Shown piece after piece: positions 1 to 8,749 of a stretch of 27,684 nt of DNA. The stretch comes from a virus. Taxonomy: Duplodnaviria > Heunggongvirae > Uroviricota > Caudoviricetes. The translations under genes were made by a program, and so were the position numbers. The notes beneath the pieces are model-generated. The model was not told where the DNA came from, searched no databases, and saw only the letters and a program-made list of their open reading frames with translations. Positions within the stretch are counted from its first letter, which is position 1. Each line of letters begins with the position of its first letter. The stretch is from the IMG/VR virus record IMGVR_UViG_2562617057_000002; one strand, 5' to 3'.

Positions 1-611
<611 letters not shown>

Positions 612-831
612 CAGCTAACTCCTTCGTGTATTTAGCATCGAGTGCATCAGCAGAACGCTGGCGCTGCTGCATGTCAGTAATGGTTGCGTTCGCCAGCTTC
701 AGTTCTCTTGCGTTTTTGTCGCGCTGCTCTTTGTAGGTAATGGCGTTATCACGGTAATGATTAACAGCCCATGACAGGCAGACGATGATGCAGATAACCA
801 GAGCGGAGATAATCGCGGTGACTCTGCTCAT
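612..831 (-). pseudogene. Rz: Phage i-spanin Rz, 5' fragment (~73 codons) truncated by the IS21-family insertion; embedded Rz1 presumably lost
   Basis: N-terminus [34 protein letters not shown]...DAKYTKELA is lambda-Rz-like; ATGA overlap with the endolysin stop; the frame then runs into IS-derived sequence ([16 protein letters not shown]) and stops at 562. Confidence 0.7.
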
Positions 832-1325
832 TGCTGCCCCCACAAACAGACTTCACGCTCAATCTCACGACGGGTCATCAGCCCTTTCCATTGCTTACCG
901 CCAGCATATGTCCAGCGACGTAGCTGGTCACATGCGCCTTTGATATCGCCCTGGTTTATTTTGCGAAGAAGCGTCGATGTTCTGAAATTGCCAGCGCCCA
1001 CGTTGTAAACGAACGAGTAAAGAGCGCCGCGCGTTGTTTCCGGTATATCGACTTTGATGTACGGGTTAATTTGTCTGGCGACAGTGGCAAGGTCTTTATT
1101 CAGGAGAGCTTTGCATTCTGCTTCGGTATACGTTTTACCAGGCATGATGTCTTTTCCGGTGTGTCCGTGACATACAGTCCATACACCAATGATATCTTTG
1201 TATGGTATGTAGCTGACACCTTCCAGACCATCGTTACCACCTGGGCCAGTGATTAACACAGATGCTATAGCAACAGCCCCGCCACCAATAGCAACTGCAA
1301 CAGCCTTGCGTAATGATGGCGACAT
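828..1325 (-). CDS. R: SAR (signal-anchor-release) endolysin, T4-lysozyme-like muramidase of phage-21 R type
   Basis: 165 aa; N-terminal Gly/Ala-rich weakly hydrophobic helix ([20 protein letters not shown]) typical of SAR endolysins; sits between holin and Rz with overlapping start/stop codons. Confidence 0.85.
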   Translation of the reverse strand: MSPSLRKAVAVAIGGGAVAIASVLITGPGGNDGLEGVSYIPYKDIIGVWTVCHGHTGKDIMPGKTYTEAECKALLNKDLATVARQINPYIKVDIPETTRGALYSFVYNVGAGNFRTSTLLRKINQGDIKGACDQLRRWTYAGGKQWKGLMTRREIEREVCLWGQQ

Positions 1326-1540
1326 TATTCACCTCTCGCAGCCTTACGCTTATCTTCTCTTATTTTGAAATACAGATTCGTCAGATAAGTCAGAAGCCCC
1401 AGAAGCAGACTTCCCAGCACACCAATCGCAGCCCACTGTGATGGACTGACCTGATCCAACCACTGCAAAAACCAGTAGCCGGCACTGCCGGCGGAGGTGC
1501 CGTAGGCAATGCCCGTTGAAATTTTGTCCATGGATTTCAT
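1325..1540 (-). CDS. S: Class II pinholin (phage 21 S21-like) with dual-start motif
   Basis: 71 aa, two predicted TM helices, N-terminal M-K-S-M dual start, charged C-terminus ([13 protein letters not shown]); immediately upstream of and overlapping the endolysin start. Confidence 0.85.
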   Translation of the reverse strand: MKSMDKISTGIAYGTSAGSAGYWFLQWLDQVSPSQWAAIGVLGSLLLGLLTYLTNLYFKIREDKRKAARGE

Positions 1541-1871
1541 AGCCTCACCTCCGCAAATAACGGATGGCGTAGTTTTACACTGAGAAATGAAAGGGATTTG
1601 AAAAGAAAAAAACGCAAAAGCGGGCGAAACGATATATACAGTAAGGAAAGCACTCTATCCAACAAACCACCCACAGTTAATCGGAATAAAAGCAGAGTGC
1701 TTATGAATGATCGCACGCCCGAAGGTTAGTATTTCTGCACAGCAATTTTGCAAAAAAGGCGATCATTCATAACGCAAACGTCTTTCAGTCACTCCGGGCT
1801 TTCCCATCATCGCAGACTGAAAGACTTTAACTTGAGCGGCAGCGGGAATCGAACCCGCATCATCAGCCTGT

Positions 1872-1905
<34 letters not shown>

Positions 1906-1908
1906 ATA

Positions 1909-1983
<75 letters not shown>

Positions 1984-1986
1984 CGC

Positions 1987-2063
1987 TGGCCCACCACCGA
2001 GGACTCGAACCTCGCACCGTCAACTTAGAAGGTTGATGCTCTATCCGGATGAGCTAGTGGTGG
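1987..2063 (-). tRNA. tRNA-Arg (anticodon UCU), argO/argU-like
   Basis: Reverse complement folds as a cloverleaf: acceptor CCACCAC/GTGGTGG, anticodon stem TCAAC/GTTGA with loop CTTCTAA (anticodon TCT), T-arm CGAGG-TTCGAGT-CCTCG, encoded CCA. Confidence 0.75.
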
Positions 2064-2064
2064 T

Positions 2065-2141
2065 TGGTGGCCCTTGCTGGACTTGAACCAGCGACCTGGC
2101 GATTATGAGTCGCTCGCTCTGACCAACTGAGCTAAAGGGCC
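2065..2141 (-). tRNA. ileZ: tRNA-Ile2 (anticodon CAU, lysidine-type; often annotated tRNA-Met), ileZ/ileX-like
   Basis: Reverse complement GGCCCTTTAGCTCAGTTGGTCAGAGCGAGCGACTCATAATCGCCAGGTCGCTGGTTCAAGTCCAGCAAGGGCCACCA is close to E. coli ileX as I recall it; anticodon loop CTCATAA. Confidence 0.8.
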
Positions 2142-2226
2142 GGAGGCAGAATAATAACCATATGTCATCACATCTGCAAACTCATCTGACCACCAGCACG
2201 TTTAACGTCCTGTGCCGTTTTTCAGG

Positions 2227-2250
2227 TATAAAAACCCGCTCAATGGCGGG
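2227..2250 (-). terminator. Rho-independent terminator on the minus strand, tR'-like, between the Q-like gene and the tRNA cluster
   Basis: Minus-strand hairpin CCCGCC-ATTGA-GCGGG followed by TTTTTAT (plus-strand 2229-2250: taaaaacccgctcaatggcggg). Confidence 0.55.
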
Positions 2251-2310
2251 TTCTGGTAAAGTTCATGCGCTTGGTTCGCCTCGCGATACAGCTTTGCGAA
2301 GCGTACCTGA

Positions 2311-2339
2311 ATTGAAGCAGTTTATTGGCAAAAATGCAA
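2311..2339 (-). promoter_or_regulatory. Candidate late promoter pR'-like (minus-strand -35 TTGCAT, 17-bp spacer, -10 TTCAAT) directly downstream of the Q-like stop
   Basis: Hexamers read from sequence; position matches the lambdoid Q-pR'-tR' arrangement. No experimental or search support. Confidence 0.35.
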
Positions 2340-2347
2340 TAACTTTT

Positions 2348-2890
2348 TTATTGGCTTTCTCCGCATAACGCTAATTTCATTGGTATATACAGAATGTGTT
2401 CAGCAACACCCAACCATGCGTCAATGCGATTTCTGCAAGTTTTCAAGCTCCAGCCAGGGCGATACTTATTTAACTGTTGTGCCATTTTCAGCTTACTCAT
2501 CCCCCGCCCTTTATACCGTTGCCGGAGGACACTAATCAATCCAGGATGCTCTGCCAGCACCTCACTTATGACTCTATCAATACATAACGCCTCTGCATCA
2601 GTACAATGCGCCAGCCAGGTCTTTTGCTTGCCATTGATCATCTCTCGCAAAAACGCTTCCAGCTCAGGTTTCTCTATTCCCGCTTTTTTCATCCTGCGCA
2701 GGGCTTCATTGACGGCTGTTTTTGTCATTTTTTGGGATGCCAGCAACTGCTTGAATATATTTCCCGTCTTACCGCCACCAATATACGACCAGCGCCCCCA
2801 CATGCGCAGTTTTCCCTGAATCCAGACACTTTCCAGCGTGGTGAGACGAAGGTGTTCCCCGCTTTTGCCTGTATTTGTTGGGTAAATCAT
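2348..2890 (-). CDS. Putative late-gene antiterminator Q-like protein (180 aa from the SD-supported start MIYPTNTGK)
   Basis: Called mainly on synteny: last gene before the pR'/tR'-like elements, tRNAs and lysis cassette. ATGA overlap with the upstream YbcO-like stop; GGAAGG Shine-Dalgarno. Family identity not verified. Confidence 0.5.
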   Translation of the reverse strand: MIYPTNTGKSGEHLRLTTLESVWIQGKLRMWGRWSYIGGGKTGNIFKQLLASQKMTKTAVNEALRRMKKAGIEKPELEAFLREMINGKQKTWLAHCTDAEALCIDRVISEVLAEHPGLISVLRQRYKGRGMSKLKMAQQLNKYRPGWSLKTCRNRIDAWLGVAEHILYIPMKLALCGESQ

Positions 2891-3177
2891 AAATAACCTT
2901 CCTTTCTCCAGATTTCTTGTGTGCGAAAAACACCTTCTGCATGCATCAGGCGTAATTCTTCTTTGGTGTAATCGCTGGTTTTTACCCGCCCGTCGATTAA
3001 ATCGTGGCACGAGCTACAGGCAATAGCCGCCTGCATATCGTGTGGCTTTATCGCTGTTCCGCACGCTCCCGCCAGTCGGTAATGCGCCAGCACAGACGTT
3101 TCGGGATTGTGATTGCAGTAGCCAGGAATTCTGACGGTGCACATCTGCCCCCGCGCCGCTTTACGTAAATCCACCAT
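2887..3177 (-). CDS. YbcO-like phage protein (DUF1364-type, Cys-rich putative nuclease)
   Basis: 96 aa; motifs DLRKAARG...C.VRIPG.CN.NPETSVLAH.R...CGT..KP.D..A..ACS.CHD resemble DLP12 YbcO as recalled; typical nin-region neighbour of Q. Confidence 0.6.
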   Translation of the reverse strand: MVDLRKAARGQMCTVRIPGYCNHNPETSVLAHYRLAGACGTAIKPHDMQAAIACSSCHDLIDGRVKTSDYTKEELRLMHAEGVFRTQEIWRKEGYL

Positions 3178-3776
3178 TACGCAAACTCCAGTAACTGTGC
3201 GGCCACATTTTCGACTTCCTCCGGAGAGGAAAATTTACGGAACAGGATCCAGTTCCACAGCACATTCAGTACAGATTTATAAACCTGCTGAAACTCGGTT
3301 TCGTCCATGTTCGCAAATGCGATAGATTTTGCCCTGCGCCCACGGCTACCGTCCGGATAAATATGCTCGGTGTAAAATCCGGCCTGAATGGTTACCCACT
3401 CGCGGAAAGCCTCAAACGACTTTAGCAATGCTGTATCTCGGGTTCTGCGTGTCGCAACTGTATTCAGATATTGCTCTGCGGCTTCGCTCAGAGCTGGCGT
3501 ATGTTCCCGGCCTACTGATTCGCACAGGTACTCAACGAAGCCTGATACCAGTTTTTGTTCGCTAGGCGTGATCGCCCCTCCGACCGGAGTCCAGTAATCG
3601 AACCCCAGTTGCAGGAGTTTGAAAAAACGCTTGTGGAATGCGTAGTTACGCACACGCTTAAAGTCTGCGTGTATCCACTCACCTGTTTTGATTTGATGCA
3701 GAAAATCGCAACTCTCCGGCGTCGCCGGGAGAAGTAAACCAGAAGAAGTTTGTTTGACTAACTGTAAATGCACCAC
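3177..3776 (-). CDS. Phage nin-region protein, DUF1367-like (hypothetical)
   Basis: 199-aa ORF with GAGGG Shine-Dalgarno; start/stop overlap with the YbcO-like gene; family guess from recollection and neighbourhood. Confidence 0.5.
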   Translation of the reverse strand: MVHLQLVKQTSSGLLLPATPESCDFLHQIKTGEWIHADFKRVRNYAFHKRFFKLLQLGFDYWTPVGGAITPSEQKLVSGFVEYLCESVGREHTPALSEAAEQYLNTVATRRTRDTALLKSFEAFREWVTIQAGFYTEHIYPDGSRGRRAKSIAFANMDETEFQQVYKSVLNVLWNWILFRKFSSPEEVENVAAQLLEFA

Positions 3777-3957
3777 TACTACCCTCGTAATGGTGCGACA
3801 GGTACCAGGTGTTCAGACTGGCGTTGCCAGTATAATTTAGTCTTCTTTAATACAGAAGTGGCTTACAGAATTGTAACCGTCTCATTTAAACCGTCTTTCG
3901 CCTCCCTTTCCTGTTTCCGATACTAATGTCCATTTTCGCAGTAAAGGGACATTTAAG

Positions 3958-4599
3958 ATGAATGCACGAAAAGCGGTACTGGCAGACAATCCGGAATTGA
4001 TCCTGCGTGTGCTACAACTGAGATTTGACGAGTCACTGTCGTACCCGCGCATTTCTGCGCAGACCGGTATCAGCAAAACCGCCATTTTTTCTCTGGTGAG
4101 GCGATTTCACCAGGTATTCACTGACTGGCCTCTTTCCGGGGAATATTCCTGCGTGCAACTGGCCCGGGCTTTGTTCCCGGGGCGATACCCTTCAGCCCCG
4201 ACAGTAACTCAGACTGTGAAAACAGAGAAAAACCGCCGGAACCGATTTTCACCGGAGTTTAAATGGAGACTTGTTCAGCAAACTCTTTTACCCGGTGCCT
4301 GTGTCGCACAAATAGCTCGTGAGAACGGAATCAACGATAACCTGCTCTTTAACTGGCGGCATCTCTGGCGTAACGGCGGCCTGCAGCCGACCGGCGAACA
4401 TGAAACATCGCTACTTCCCGTGACGTTAACTCCGGAGCCGGATAATAAAATCCCGGCACCAGTGCAGATACCTGAACAGATGCCCGACAGTCTGTGCTGT
4501 GAGCTGGTTCTGCCGGCCGGAACTCTCAGGCTGAAAGGTGAACTGACACCGGCGTTATTACAGACACTTATCCGCGAAATGAAAGGGAGCAGCCACTGA
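3958..4599 (+). CDS. tnpA: IS66-family accessory protein TnpA-like (213 aa, with N-terminal extension)
   Basis: C-terminal half (RFSPEFKWRLVQQTL...IARENGINDNLLFNWR) matches the IS66 Orf1 HTH motif; first gene of the element; stop overlaps the tnpB start (ATGA). Confidence 0.75.
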   Translation: MNARKAVLADNPELILRVLQLRFDESLSYPRISAQTGISKTAIFSLVRRFHQVFTDWPLSGEYSCVQLARALFPGRYPSAPTVTQTVKTEKNRRNRFSPEFKWRLVQQTLLPGACVAQIARENGINDNLLFNWRHLWRNGGLQPTGEHETSLLPVTLTPEPDNKIPAPVQIPEQMPDSLCCELVLPAGTLRLKGELTPALLQTLIREMKGSSH

Positions 4600-4946
4600 T
4601 GATATCTCTCCCTGCCGGTTCGCGTATCTGGCTGGTTGCCGGTATCACCGACATGCGAAATGGTTTTAACGGCCTGGCATCAAAAGTTCAGAACGTCCTG
4701 AAGGATGACCCGTTCTCCGGGCATCTGTTCATCTTCCGCGGACGCCGGGGTGACCAGATAAAAGTGTTGTGGGCTGACAGTGACGGACTGTGCCTCTTCA
4801 CCAAACGCCTGGAGCGGGGCCGCTTCGTCTGGCCGGTTACCCGTGACGGCAAGGTGCACCTTACTCCGGCTCAGTTATCTATGCTTCTTGAAGGTATCAA
4901 CTGGAAGCACCCGAAACGAACGGAACGCGCTGGCATCCGCATATAA
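4599..4946 (+). CDS. tnpB: IS66-family TnpB (Orf2)
   Basis: 115 aa, MISLPAGSRIWLVAGITDMRNGFNGLA...KVLWADSDGLCLFTKRLERGRF is the characteristic IS66 Orf2 sequence. Confidence 0.85.
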   Translation: MISLPAGSRIWLVAGITDMRNGFNGLASKVQNVLKDDPFSGHLFIFRGRRGDQIKVLWADSDGLCLFTKRLERGRFVWPVTRDGKVHLTPAQLSMLLEGINWKHPKRTERAGIRI

Positions 4947-4965
4947 CCCGTTGTAAAGTGAGGAT

Positions 4966-6537
4966 ATGGACACCTCACTTGCTCATGAGAATGCCCGCCT
5001 GCGGGCACTGTTGCAGACGCAACAGGACACCATCCGCCAGATGGCGAAATACAACCGCCTGCTCTCACAGCGGGTGGCGGCTTATGCTTCCGAAATCAAC
5101 CGGCTGAAGGCGCTGGTTGCGAAACTGCAGCGCATGCAGTTCGGTAAAAGCTCAGAAAAACTTCGCGCTAAAACCGAACGACAGATACAGGAAGCACAGG
5201 AGCGAATCAGCGCACTTCAGGAAGAAATGGCGGAAACGCTGGGTGAGCAATATGACCCGGTACTGCCATCCGCCCTGCGCCAGTCTTCAGCCCGTAAACC
5301 GTTACCGACCTCACTTCCCCGTGAAACCCGGGTCATCCGGCCGGAAGAGGAATGCTGTCCGGCCTGTGGTGGTGACCTCAGTCCTCTGGGGTGTGATGTG
5401 TCAGAGCAACTGGAGCTTATCAGCAGCGCTTTTAAGGTTATCGAAACACAACGTCCGAAACTGGCCTGTTGCCGGTGCGACCATATCGTGCAGGCACCAG
5501 TACCTTCAAAACCCATTGCACGCAGTTATGCCGGAGCGGGGCTTCTGGCTCATATCGTCACCGGGAAGTATGCAGACCATCTGCCGTTATACCGCCAGTC
5601 AGAAATATACCGTCGTCAGGGCGTGGAACTGAGCCGCGCCACGCTGGGGCGCTGGACCGGTGCCGTTGCTGAACTGCTGGAGCCGCTGTATGACGTGCTG
5701 CGCCAGTATGTACTGATGCCCGGTAAAGTCCATGCGGATGATATCCCCGTTCCGGTCCAGGAGCCGGGCAGTGGTAAAACAAGAACTGCCCGGCTGTGGG
5801 TCTATGTCCGTGATGACCGTAACGCCGGTTCACAGATGCCCCCGGCGGTCTGGTTCGCGTACAGCCCGGACCGGAAAGGTATCCATCCACAAAATCACCT
5901 GGCCGGTTACAGCGGTGTGCTTCAGGCCGATGCTTACGGTGGTTACCGGGTGTTATACGAATCCGGCAGAATAACGGAAGCCGCGTGTATGGCTCATGCC
6001 CGGAGAAAAATCCACGATGTGCATGCAAGAGTGCCCACCGACATCACCACGGAAGCCCTGCAGCGTATCGGTGAACTGTATGCCATCGAGGCAGAGGTCC
6101 GGGGCTGTTCAGCAGAACAGCGTCTGGCGGCAAGAAAAGCCAGAGCCGCGCCACTGATGCAGTCACTGTATGACTGGATACAGCAACAGATGAAAACACT
6201 GTCGCGTCACTCGGATACGGCAAAAGCGTTCGCATACCTGCTGAAACAGTGGGATGCACTGAACGTGTACTGCAGTAATGGCTGGGTGGAAATCGACAAC
6301 AACATTGCAGAGAACGCCTTACGGGGAGTGGCCGTAGGCCGGAAAAACTGGCTCTTCGCGGGTTCTGACAGCGGTGGTGAACATGCTGCGGTGTTGTACT
6401 CGCTGATCGGCACATGCCGTCTGAACAATGTGGAGCCAGAAAAGTGGCTGCGTTACGTCATTGAACATATCCAGGACTGGCCGGCAAACCGGGTACGCGA
6501 TCTGTTGCCCTGGAAAGTTGATCTGAGCTCTCAGTAA
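4966..6537 (+). CDS. tnpC: IS66-family transposase TnpC (DDE)
   Basis: 523 aa; N-terminal coiled-coil/leucine-zipper region, Cys cluster (CPACGG...CCRCDH), C-terminal DDE core; typical IS66 Orf3. Confidence 0.85.
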   Translation: MDTSLAHENARLRALLQTQQDTIRQMAKYNRLLSQRVAAYASEINRLKALVAKLQRMQFGKSSEKLRAKTERQIQEAQERISALQEEMAETLGEQYDPVLPSALRQSSARKPLPTSLPRETRVIRPEEECCPACGGDLSPLGCDVSEQLELISSAFKVIETQRPKLACCRCDHIVQAPVPSKPIARSYAGAGLLAHIVTGKYADHLPLYRQSEIYRRQGVELSRATLGRWTGAVAELLEPLYDVLRQYVLMPGKVHADDIPVPVQEPGSGKTRTARLWVYVRDDRNAGSQMPPAVWFAYSPDRKGIHPQNHLAGYSGVLQADAYGGYRVLYESGRITEAACMAHARRKIHDVHARVPTDITTEALQRIGELYAIEAEVRGCSAEQRLAARKARAAPLMQSLYDWIQQQMKTLSRHSDTAKAFAYLLKQWDALNVYCSNGWVEIDNNIAENALRGVAVGRKNWLFAGSDSGGEHAAVLYSLIGTCRLNNVEPEKWLRYVIEHIQDWPANRVRDLLPWKVDLSSQ

Positions 6538-6833
6538 ATATCAATACGGTTCTGGCGAGCCGCTTACACAGAATCTGCGTGCGATTCTTTGCTGATTAGA
6601 ATTGCATCAGGAGGTAATGGCGTTACGATAAACTCCCCATTTTCGAGCGTTATCACTTCGTAGTGACCTGGTAAAGAAAGCACAACAATCAATTCTTTAA
6701 CGTTCATAACAAAAAGCCTGTGAACTTTTAACACTTCCCCTTAAGGGGTCCATCCCTCTTCTCCCTGCGCGCTACTTAAGTGTTTTTGATTCTATTCCTG
6801 CGCATTCTGAAAGTTCAAACGAGTTGAAAATCG

Positions 6834-6857
6834 CAACAAAAAACCCGCCGAAGCGGG
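6834..6857 (-). terminator. Rho-independent terminator after the 272-aa membrane-protein gene
   Basis: Minus strand: CCCGCTTCGGCGGG hairpin followed by TTTTTTGTT (plus-strand caacaaaaaacccgccgaagcggg). Confidence 0.5.
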
Positions 6858-6879
6858 TCTGGTTATTGATGAATTAACT

Positions 6880-7698
6880 TCACGGTTTGGGCTGGAAATT
6901 CTTATTCAGCGCTCTGCACTGCTCTTTGTCTTCTTCTTCATGGGCTTTAAATACAGAATAAGTATCAGGGTCAAAAAACGAGATAGATTCCACTTCCCTC
7001 TTGGCTACAAGTATCCGAAAGTCTTCAAGGCTAAGGCCGCCAAGACCTTCCGCTACAATTCCTTCTGACTGATAATGTCGGCGGTAGTTTGTTGTGATGT
7101 TTGTAGTTAACGTACCCTTATCCCGATACCCACTCAACAGCGGAAGAAGTTCAATATGGGTAAAATCGCCGTTTTCAAAACTTGGGCAGATAACAATTCC
7201 AACGTAAAATTTTCTGGATGAGAGTGTTATAATGACGGGAAATTGCCTGACTGCTGCTTCCATCAGGAAGCTCTCTTCTGGACTTGTGGAAACAATTCTT
7301 GCGATAGCATCCAACCTGCGATCCCCTTTCTCTGTTCTTTTTTTGCGCCGCCAACCGCAAAATGCAGCAAGAGCAACAGATGTCATTCCCCAGACTGCAG
7401 ATTTAAGATCCTTTATCGAATTTCCTCCATCAAAAGAGATAGGAAAAACTCTTTTCAGGGCATCAGGACCAAGATGAAAAAAATGCAGAATACCGTTAAT
7501 CAACCAGCGGTATACCCCAAGGAAACCAAGGATCGTACAAACAACCCACGCAACACAGACAAAAACAGCTCCCCAGGTTGCAACAAAAAAATAAGCGTCC
7601 CATCCCACAGAACGCTTATACCTATATCTTGTTTCCAAACAAAGAGTAACATAAACATAACCACTAATCAGTATGACAGCGATCAATAGCGTATTCAT
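6880..7698 (-). CDS. Hypothetical integral membrane protein (272 aa): ~4 N-terminal TM helices plus a ~150-aa C-terminal soluble domain
   Basis: Long ORF in an AT-rich segment; hydrophobic stretches at residues ~3-21, ~35-75, ~100-117 followed by RRKKRTEK (positive-inside); start adjoins the upstream small gene's stop; no family recognised. Confidence 0.6.
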   Translation of the reverse strand: MNTLLIAVILISGYVYVTLCLETRYRYKRSVGWDAYFFVATWGAVFVCVAWVVCTILGFLGVYRWLINGILHFFHLGPDALKRVFPISFDGGNSIKDLKSAVWGMTSVALAAFCGWRRKKRTEKGDRRLDAIARIVSTSPEESFLMEAAVRQFPVIITLSSRKFYVGIVICPSFENGDFTHIELLPLLSGYRDKGTLTTNITTNYRRHYQSEGIVAEGLGGLSLEDFRILVAKREVESISFFDPDTYSVFKAHEEEDKEQCRALNKNFQPKP

Positions 7699-7700
7699 TC

Positions 7701-7907
7701 TTACCCTGGCTTTTTGTTTTCCAATGACTCAAGCTTGTCCAGCTGTTCTTTGATAGCCTTTCTGACCTTGTCGTTCTCAAGGTTAACCATGATGAAACCA
7801 TCGTCGCTTACTTCGAACTTATCCTTGTTTTCTTTAAGAACTTTTGACAACCTGTTCGACGGTGTCTGTATGGTTCCATACCCTCTTATTGCATATGCGA
7901 GACTCAT
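7701..7907 (-). CDS. Hypothetical small soluble protein (68 aa from MSLAYAIRG), first gene of a two-gene cassette
   Basis: Strong Shine-Dalgarno GGAGGT 4 nt upstream of the ATG at 7907; Lys/Glu-rich C-terminus; stop (7701-7703) sits 2 nt before the downstream gene's ATG. Confidence 0.55.
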   Translation of the reverse strand: MSLAYAIRGYGTIQTPSNRLSKVLKENKDKFEVSDDGFIMVNLENDKVRKAIKEQLDKLESLENKKPG

Positions 7908-8076
7908 TCTTACCTCCCATCTTACCGTTATCACCGTGTAGTGACACTGTTACATCCATGTATAAATGCTTTGATACTATGGCTATACCATTAAAATAAG
8001 TTTACCGGAAGACTTTGATCAACTACTTTTCACACCAAATACACAAATAATGTGAAACACAACATAGAAATTGTCA

Positions 8077-8094
8077 AAACCGCCGGGTGGCGGG
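8077..8094 (-). terminator. Rho-independent terminator downstream of the hok gene
   Basis: Minus strand CCGCC-ACCC-GGCGG followed by TTTT; preceded within the 3' UTR by a perfect 9-bp hairpin (8125-8146, GGCGGGAGA/TCTCCCGCC). Confidence 0.5.
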
Positions 8095-8155
8095 TGCGTT
8101 GAGGATGCCTGACACATCAAAGGTGGCGGGAGATTACTCTCCCGCCTGGTCACTC

Positions 8156-8311
8156 TTACTCTCTAGATTCGTAGTCTACGAAGACAGCGACCTCCGTCTG
8201 GCCGGTTCGGATTCGTACCTCATAGAGGTCTTTCCTCGTTACCAGTGCCGTCACAATGACGGTTAAACAGATGACGATCAGGGCGATTAACATCGCCTTT
8301 TGCTGCTTCAT
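8156..8311 (-). CDS. hokD: Hok/Gef-family type I toxin (HokD/RelF-like, 51 aa)
   Basis: MKQQKAMLIALIVICLTVIVTALVTRKDLYEVRIRTGQTEVAVFVDYESRE: single TM helix plus conserved Hok C-terminal motif; the ORF track's 70-aa frame is an in-frame N-terminal extension. Confidence 0.8.
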   Translation of the reverse strand: MKQQKAMLIALIVICLTVIVTALVTRKDLYEVRIRTGQTEVAVFVDYESRE

Positions 8312-8569
8312 AGCCTGCTTCTCCTTGCCTTTCGGCACGTAAGAGGCTAACCTACATGTGTCTAGCATGAAATTGGCCTCAGATTAATGTTAAGCGTCTT
8401 GCAGGACGCGTAATGTTAACCGGGGCTTTTCTCTATCTGCCGTTGGTGTTCATGCCCGAGGCAGATAGCCTCAAGCACCCGCAGTCATTCTACTTAACTA
8501 AGATTTCCCTGCAAACCGTTTTTGTCCAGCACAGTAAATATCCAACTAAACCAATGGAGTTCGCTGTAT

Positions 8570-8749
8570 TTACCGCCAGTATTCAATGCACATGACCGCC
8601 ATGAACACCCCTAAAAAAAGGGCATTTATATATCCAAATATTAATATCAAAACATCAACTTTTTCCATATACCTTGCTGTGAAGATGATGGGCATACATG
8701 ATGCGAACAACCAGAACGCAACAAACAAAAACTGCAATGCGTTTTTCAT
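8570..8749 (-). CDS. Hypothetical small membrane protein (59 aa from MKNALQF, two predicted TM helices)
   Basis: AGGGGGAA Shine-Dalgarno 4 nt upstream of the ATG at 8749; very hydrophobic; AT-rich context next to hok. Confidence 0.35.
   Translation of the reverse strand: MKNALQFLFVAFWLFASCMPIIFTARYMEKVDVLILIFGYINALFLGVFMAVMCIEYWR

Larger units (their letters stand above)
3872..6568 (+). mobile_element. IS66-family insertion sequence (three-gene tnpA-tnpB-tnpC), about 2.7 kb
   Basis: Imperfect terminal inverted repeats: left GTAACCGTCTC..., right (reverse complement) GTAAGCGGCTCG...; flanking 7-8 bp direct repeat (t/c)ACAGAAT at 3864-3871 and 6568-6574; elevated GC relative to the flanks. 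Confidence 0.75.

Noticed and set aside
2162-2368. 68-aa plus-strand ORF
   Set aside because: Covers the pR'/tR'-like region antisense to the late transcript; no Shine-Dalgarno; better explained as regulatory DNA.
2394-2896. 141-aa and 96-aa plus-strand ORFs
   Set aside because: Antisense to the Q-like gene; odd Cys/Phe/Leu-rich composition typical of antisense frames.
4871-6428. Several minus-strand and alternative-frame ORFs (65-171 aa) inside the IS66 element
   Set aside because: Shadow frames of the GC-rich tnpB/tnpC coding region; Arg/Pro/Gly/Ser-rich; the sense-strand IS66 genes explain the sequence.
8413-8595. 60-aa plus-strand ORF upstream of hok
   Set aside because: No Shine-Dalgarno and improbable composition; the region more likely holds hok leader and antisense regulatory RNA.
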